Assembly: GCA_902384455.1 (NCBI GenBank)
Contig: CABMCB010000039.1
Coordinates: forward strand, 1 to 48,766
DNA length: 48,766 nucleotides
Reading direction: 5' to 3'
DNA from: an uncultured archaeon
GTDB taxonomy: Archaea > Altiarchaeota > Altiarchaeia > IMC4 > SCGC-AAA252-I15
This document shows, one piece after another, positions 45,127-48,766 of the stretch. The notes beneath the pieces were generated by a model. That model had not been told where the DNA came from and did no database searches. It worked only from the letters and a program-made list of their open reading frames with translations. Each line of letters begins with the position of its first letter. Position 1 is the stretch's first letter. The position numbers and the translations under genes are program-made.

Positions 45127-45432
45127 ATGCCAAAAGAATGCACTGACGCAAAAAACAAACGCAAAATACCGCCCGCCCGCAAAATCCGAGAAACCACACG
45201 GAAAATGAAACTCCTATCCCACCCCGCACGCCTCTCAATACTCCTAATCCTAAAAGAAGGGCCGACATGCGTCTGCGTAATAAAAAAAACACTCGGCCTC
45301 CCTCAGCCAACAGTAAGCCAGCACCTGGCCAAGCTGAAAGACGCAGGCATAATAGACTGCAACCCGAAAGGCAAATACTGCTACTACCAGATCAAAGACC
45401 ATTCGATAAAGCCGCTCACGAAGCTGCTATAA
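45127..45432 (+). CDS. ArsR/SmtB family metal(loid)-sensing repressor
   Basis: LSHPARLSIL, TCVC metal site, QPTVSQHLAKLKDAG, GKYCYY. Confidence 0.92.
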   Translation: MPKECTDAKNKRKIPPARKIRETTRKMKLLSHPARLSILLILKEGPTCVCVIKKTLGLPQPTVSQHLAKLKDAGIIDCNPKGKYCYYQIKDHSIKPLTKLL

Positions 45433-45511
45433 CCCACAGTCAGCCCCCGTAGAAGAAGCCTCAACATAGCGGTTTTCCCCATTCTTAAGCCGCCTCACCT
45501 AATTTCCTCGT

Positions 45512-47917
45512 ATGGATAAGAATCAACGTTTCATCCTCTGGTTCGACGAACTCGGCATAGAAGACGTACCCACCGTCGGAGGAAAAAACGCAAGCCTCGG
45601 CGAAATGTACAGGAAACTCTCAGCCGCAGGCGTCCAAGTACCAAACGGATTCGCAATCACCGCATACGCATACAGGACACTTCTTAAAGACGCGGGAATA
45701 GAAGCCGGGATACGCGAAATACTCAAAGACCTGGACACCAAAGACATCCAAAACCTAATGGACCGCGGCAAAAAAGTCCGCGACCTGATACAAAAAGCCA
45801 AATTCCCCCCGCAACTAGAAAAAGAAATCATAGAGGCCTACGAAAAACTATCTCAACAATACGGCACAGACGCGACAGACGTCGCAGTACGCTCATCCGC
45901 CACAGCAGAAGACCTACCCGACGCCTCATTCGCAGGCCAACAAGAAACCTACCTCAACATCCACGGAGACCACCACGTAATAGACGCATGCAAAAAATGC
46001 TTCGCAAGCCTATTCACCAACAGAGCCATAAGCTACCGGGTAGACAAAAAATTCGACCACTTCAGCGTCTACCTCAGCATAGGCATACAAAAGATGGTCA
46101 GAAGCGACCTCGCCTCATCCGGCGTAATGTTCAGCATAGACACAGAAAGCGGATTCAAAGACGCAGCCTTCATCACAGCCTCATACGGACTCGGCGAAAA
46201 CATCGTCCAAGGAGAAGTAGACCCAGACGAATACTACGTCTTCAAACCCACACTCAAGCAAGGCAAACGCTCCATCATAAGCAAAAAAGTAGGCACCAAG
46301 GCGCTGAAGATGATATACACCCAAGACGGCACCAAACCCACAAAAAACGTCCGCGTACCACAAGCAGACCAACGCCGATACGCACTCACAGAAGACGAAA
46401 TAATGATACTCGCCACATGGGCCTGCATAATAGAAGACCACTACAACAAACCCATGGACATGGAATGGGCAAAAGACGGCGCAACAAACCAACTATTCAT
46501 AGTACAAGCCCGCCCCGAAACAGTACACAGCCAAGAAAACAAAAACGTATTCGAACAATACGTCCTCAAAGGAAAAGGCCCAGTACTCGTCAAAGGAGGC
46601 GCCGTCGGCAGTAAAATCGGCGCAGGAAAATCCCACGTAATCAAAAGCGTCCACGAAATCAAAAACTTCAAGGAAGGCGAAGTACTCGTCACAGAAATGA
46701 CGGACCCAGACTGGGAACCCATAATGAAAATCGCCTCCGCAATAGTCACAAACCACGGAGGCCGCACCTGCCACGCAGCAATAGTATCCCGCGAACTTGG
46801 GATTCCCTGCGTCATAGGAACAGGAAACGCCACTGAACTCATGGCAAACGTCGCAGACGCCACAGTCAGCTGCGCCGAAGGAGCCGAAGGCATAGTCTAC
46901 GAAGGAAAAATTCCCTATGAAATACAACGTACAATCCTCGACACACTCCCGCGCCCCAAAACAAAAATAATGATGAACATAGGCATACCCGAACAAGCAT
47001 TCGAACAAAGCTTCATACCAAACGACGGAGTAGGACTAGCCCGAGAAGAATTCATCATAAACAGCTACATCAAAATCCACCCCATGGCGCTCTTCCACTA
47101 CGAAGAACTCAAAAACGACCCCCAAAAAGCAGAAACCATACGCCAAATAGACGAACTAACCGTAGGATACGCCGACAAAACCCAATTCTTCATAGACAAA
47201 CTAGCAATGGGAATAGCAACACTAGGCGCAGCATTCCACCCCAAAGACGTCATAGTCCGACTATCCGACTTCAAAAGCAACGAATACGCCAACCTAATAG
47301 GCGGCCAATACTACGAACCCACAGAAAGCAACCCAATGATAGGATGGCGAGGAGCAAGCCGCTACTACGACGACAAATACCGCGAAGCATTCGGCCTCGA
47401 ATGCAAAGCATTCAAGAAAGTCCGCGACGAAATGGGACTCACCAACGTAAAAATAATGGTCCCATTCTGCCGCACAGTAGCCGAAGGAAAATCAGTGCTC
47501 GCGGAAATGGAAAAGTACGGCTTAAAGCGCGGCGTAAACGGCCTTGAAGTGTATGTTATGTGCGAGATACCCAGCAACGTTATTCTATCTGACCAGTTCA
47601 GCGAGATTTACGACGGATTCTCGATTGGAAGCAACGACCTCACGCAGCTGACGCTCGGGCTGGACCGAGACAGCGAATTGGTCGCGCACATATACGACGA
47701 AAGAAACGACGCGGTCAAACGCCTAGTCAAGCAGGCCATCGAAGGCGTCCACAAATACAAGAGGAAGATAGGCATCTGCGGGCAGGCGCCAAGCGACTAC
47801 CCGGAGTTCGCCGAGTTCCTCGTGGAATGCGGCATAGACAGCATAAGCCTAAACCCAGACACCGTAATAAAGACGACAATAGCAATCGCAGAGAAAGAAA
47901 AGAAACTGGGACGCTGA
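45512..47917 (+). CDS. ppsA: Phosphoenolpyruvate synthase
   Basis: VGGKNASLGEM, VRSSATAEDLPDASFAGQQETY, GGRTCHAAI phospho-His, RLSDFKSNEY, SIGSNDLTQ, ICGQAPSD. Confidence 0.97.
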   Translation: MDKNQRFILWFDELGIEDVPTVGGKNASLGEMYRKLSAAGVQVPNGFAITAYAYRTLLKDAGIEAGIREILKDLDTKDIQNLMDRGKKVRDLIQKAKFPPQLEKEIIEAYEKLSQQYGTDATDVAVRSSATAEDLPDASFAGQQETYLNIHGDHHVIDACKKCFASLFTNRAISYRVDKKFDHFSVYLSIGIQKMVRSDLASSGVMFSIDTESGFKDAAFITASYGLGENIVQGEVDPDEYYVFKPTLKQGKRSIISKKVGTKALKMIYTQDGTKPTKNVRVPQADQRRYALTEDEIMILATWACIIEDHYNKPMDMEWAKDGATNQLFIVQARPETVHSQENKNVFEQYVLKGKGPVLVKGGAVGSKIGAGKSHVIKSVHEIKNFKEGEVLVTEMTDPDWEPIMKIASAIVTNHGGRTCHAAIVSRELGIPCVIGTGNATELMANVADATVSCAEGAEGIVYEGKIPYEIQRTILDTLPRPKTKIMMNIGIPEQAFEQSFIPNDGVGLAREEFIINSYIKIHPMALFHYEELKNDPQKAETIRQIDELTVGYADKTQFFIDKLAMGIATLGAAFHPKDVIVRLSDFKSNEYANLIGGQYYEPTESNPMIGWRGASRYYDDKYREAFGLECKAFKKVRDEMGLTNVKIMVPFCRTVAEGKSVLAEMEKYGLKRGVNGLEVYVMCEIPSNVILSDQFSEIYDGFSIGSNDLTQLTLGLDRDSELVAHIYDERNDAVKRLVKQAIEGVHKYKRKIGICGQAPSDYPEFAEFLVECGIDSISLNPDTVIKTTIAIAEKEKKLGR

Positions 47918-47998
47918 CACCAAGAAAACTGCCTAAAGGCACACCTTACTTCAGATTGAATTCCCTCTCCTGAGCCCTAGACTTCCGTCATACCCCCA

Positions 47999-48628
47999 TT
48001 ACTCCTTCTTGAATGCCATGACGCCCTCCTTTTCGAGGTCCATTTTCGCCATGTAGAGGTGCTTAAGGGATTCTTCAGGATTCTGGTCCAAAAGCGCCTT
48101 AACGGAATTCAGGATGATGTTGGTCTGAAGGAAGTAGCCACTGGGGTCAGCAGGAGGCTGATACTGCGCGCCCGCCTTCCTCGCCTTGTTCACGTACTGA
48201 ATAAGCTGGTCACGCCTCTCCTTCATGTAAGCGTGCTTCTCATAAAAACCCGTGTTGAACGCCCGCATAATAGCGCGCTGCTCCTCCCCTCCCCTACGAA
48301 AAGGCGGCAGATACTTCAAGTTCGCCAACTCACAAGCAGCAATCTCCCTGCAATAAGCCCAATACTCATCGCCGTTAACGTCAATCACCGTAGGAACCCT
48401 CAAAGAATTCTCCTTGTCAATCCGAGTCAGCCACTTCGTCTTAGAATCATAAATATAATTGCTCTGATACCCGTCCCTAACGCCAAAAACAAAACTAAAC
48501 GCGCAATACTCCCCAAGCTGCTTCGCAACCGCACGAGCATCCTCCTCAAGAACCTCCGGCTGCCGATAAGCAAGCTCATTCAAAGTATGACCCGGAACAG
48601 TCTCCATCAAAACATAAGACTTATCCAT
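47999..48628 (-). CDS. C-lobe of an atypical HipA/PI3-PI4-kinase-like protein
   Basis: LMETVPG hinge, FVFGVRDGYQSNY (DxxxxN loop) and RIDKE (DFG-equivalent), resembling GxxDRHxxN...IDxG. Confidence 0.6.
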   Translation of the reverse strand: MDKSYVLMETVPGHTLNELAYRQPEVLEEDARAVAKQLGEYCAFSFVFGVRDGYQSNYIYDSKTKWLTRIDKENSLRVPTVIDVNGDEYWAYCREIAACELANLKYLPPFRRGGEEQRAIMRAFNTGFYEKHAYMKERRDQLIQYVNKARKAGAQYQPPADPSGYFLQTNIILNSVKALLDQNPEESLKHLYMAKMDLEKEGVMAFKKE

Positions 48629-48766
48629 CACGCAGCCTCTTTCAAACCATAATGAGGAACAGCCCTAGCAGACCGCAAATTAACAATCCGCGCCAAATCC
48701 CCCCCAATCATCTCATTAACAATGTCTCGGCCCTCGCCGTCACGAGACTCCTTAAGATGAGCGGAC
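48628..48766 (-). CDS. Partial upstream ORF resembling the kinase N-lobe (enters from the window edge)
   Basis: Hand translation SAHLKESRDGEGRDIVNEMIGGDLARIVNLRSARAVPHYGLKEAA*; its TGA overlaps the downstream ATG (TGATG). Confidence 0.55.
   Translation of the reverse strand, partial: SAHLKESRDGEGRDIVNEMIGGDLARIVNLRSARAVPHYGLKEAA

Overview
Archaeal chromosomal window. Evidence: archaeal-type ValRS, AdkA, type 2 IDI, MC1 chromatin protein, class III signal peptides and TATA-like promoters. A DPANN/Altiarchaeota-like host is my inference only. Left to right: a kdpABC-kdpD potassium pump operon (kdpD runs off the left edge); an isoprenoid cluster (AdkA, a motif-degenerate mevalonate kinase homolog, a Thermoplasma-type mevalonate 3-kinase homolog, GGPP synthase, IDI-2); a GT2 glycosyltransferase and a 1546-aa beta-propeller/TM/disordered-tail protein, divergent from a type IV pilus-like locus (4 pilin-like genes, an accessory gene, an ATPase, 2 platform proteins); FMN reductase, a TM-helix protein and a geranylgeranyl reductase-family enzyme; a PfpI-UDG4-DUF2203-DinB run; surface proteins; a DEAD-box helicase; valS; tandem SPFH genes; MC1; purE; dapB; an SSB gene interrupted by TAA; an ArsR/permease module with a 43-aa CCC peptide missing from the ORF track; ppsA; and a split or frameshifted HipA/PI4K-like kinase at the right edge. 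I saw no rRNA, tRNA, CRISPR array or IS element. The strongest signals are: (1) extreme AC-versus-GT strand skew that flips in sub-kb patches inside intact genes regardless of gene orientation; (2) a mevalonate 3-kinase homolog next to an apparently dead mevalonate 5-kinase; (3) an archaeal KdpD plus a structured kdpA leader. All family assignments come from motif recognition by eye; no database searches were run.
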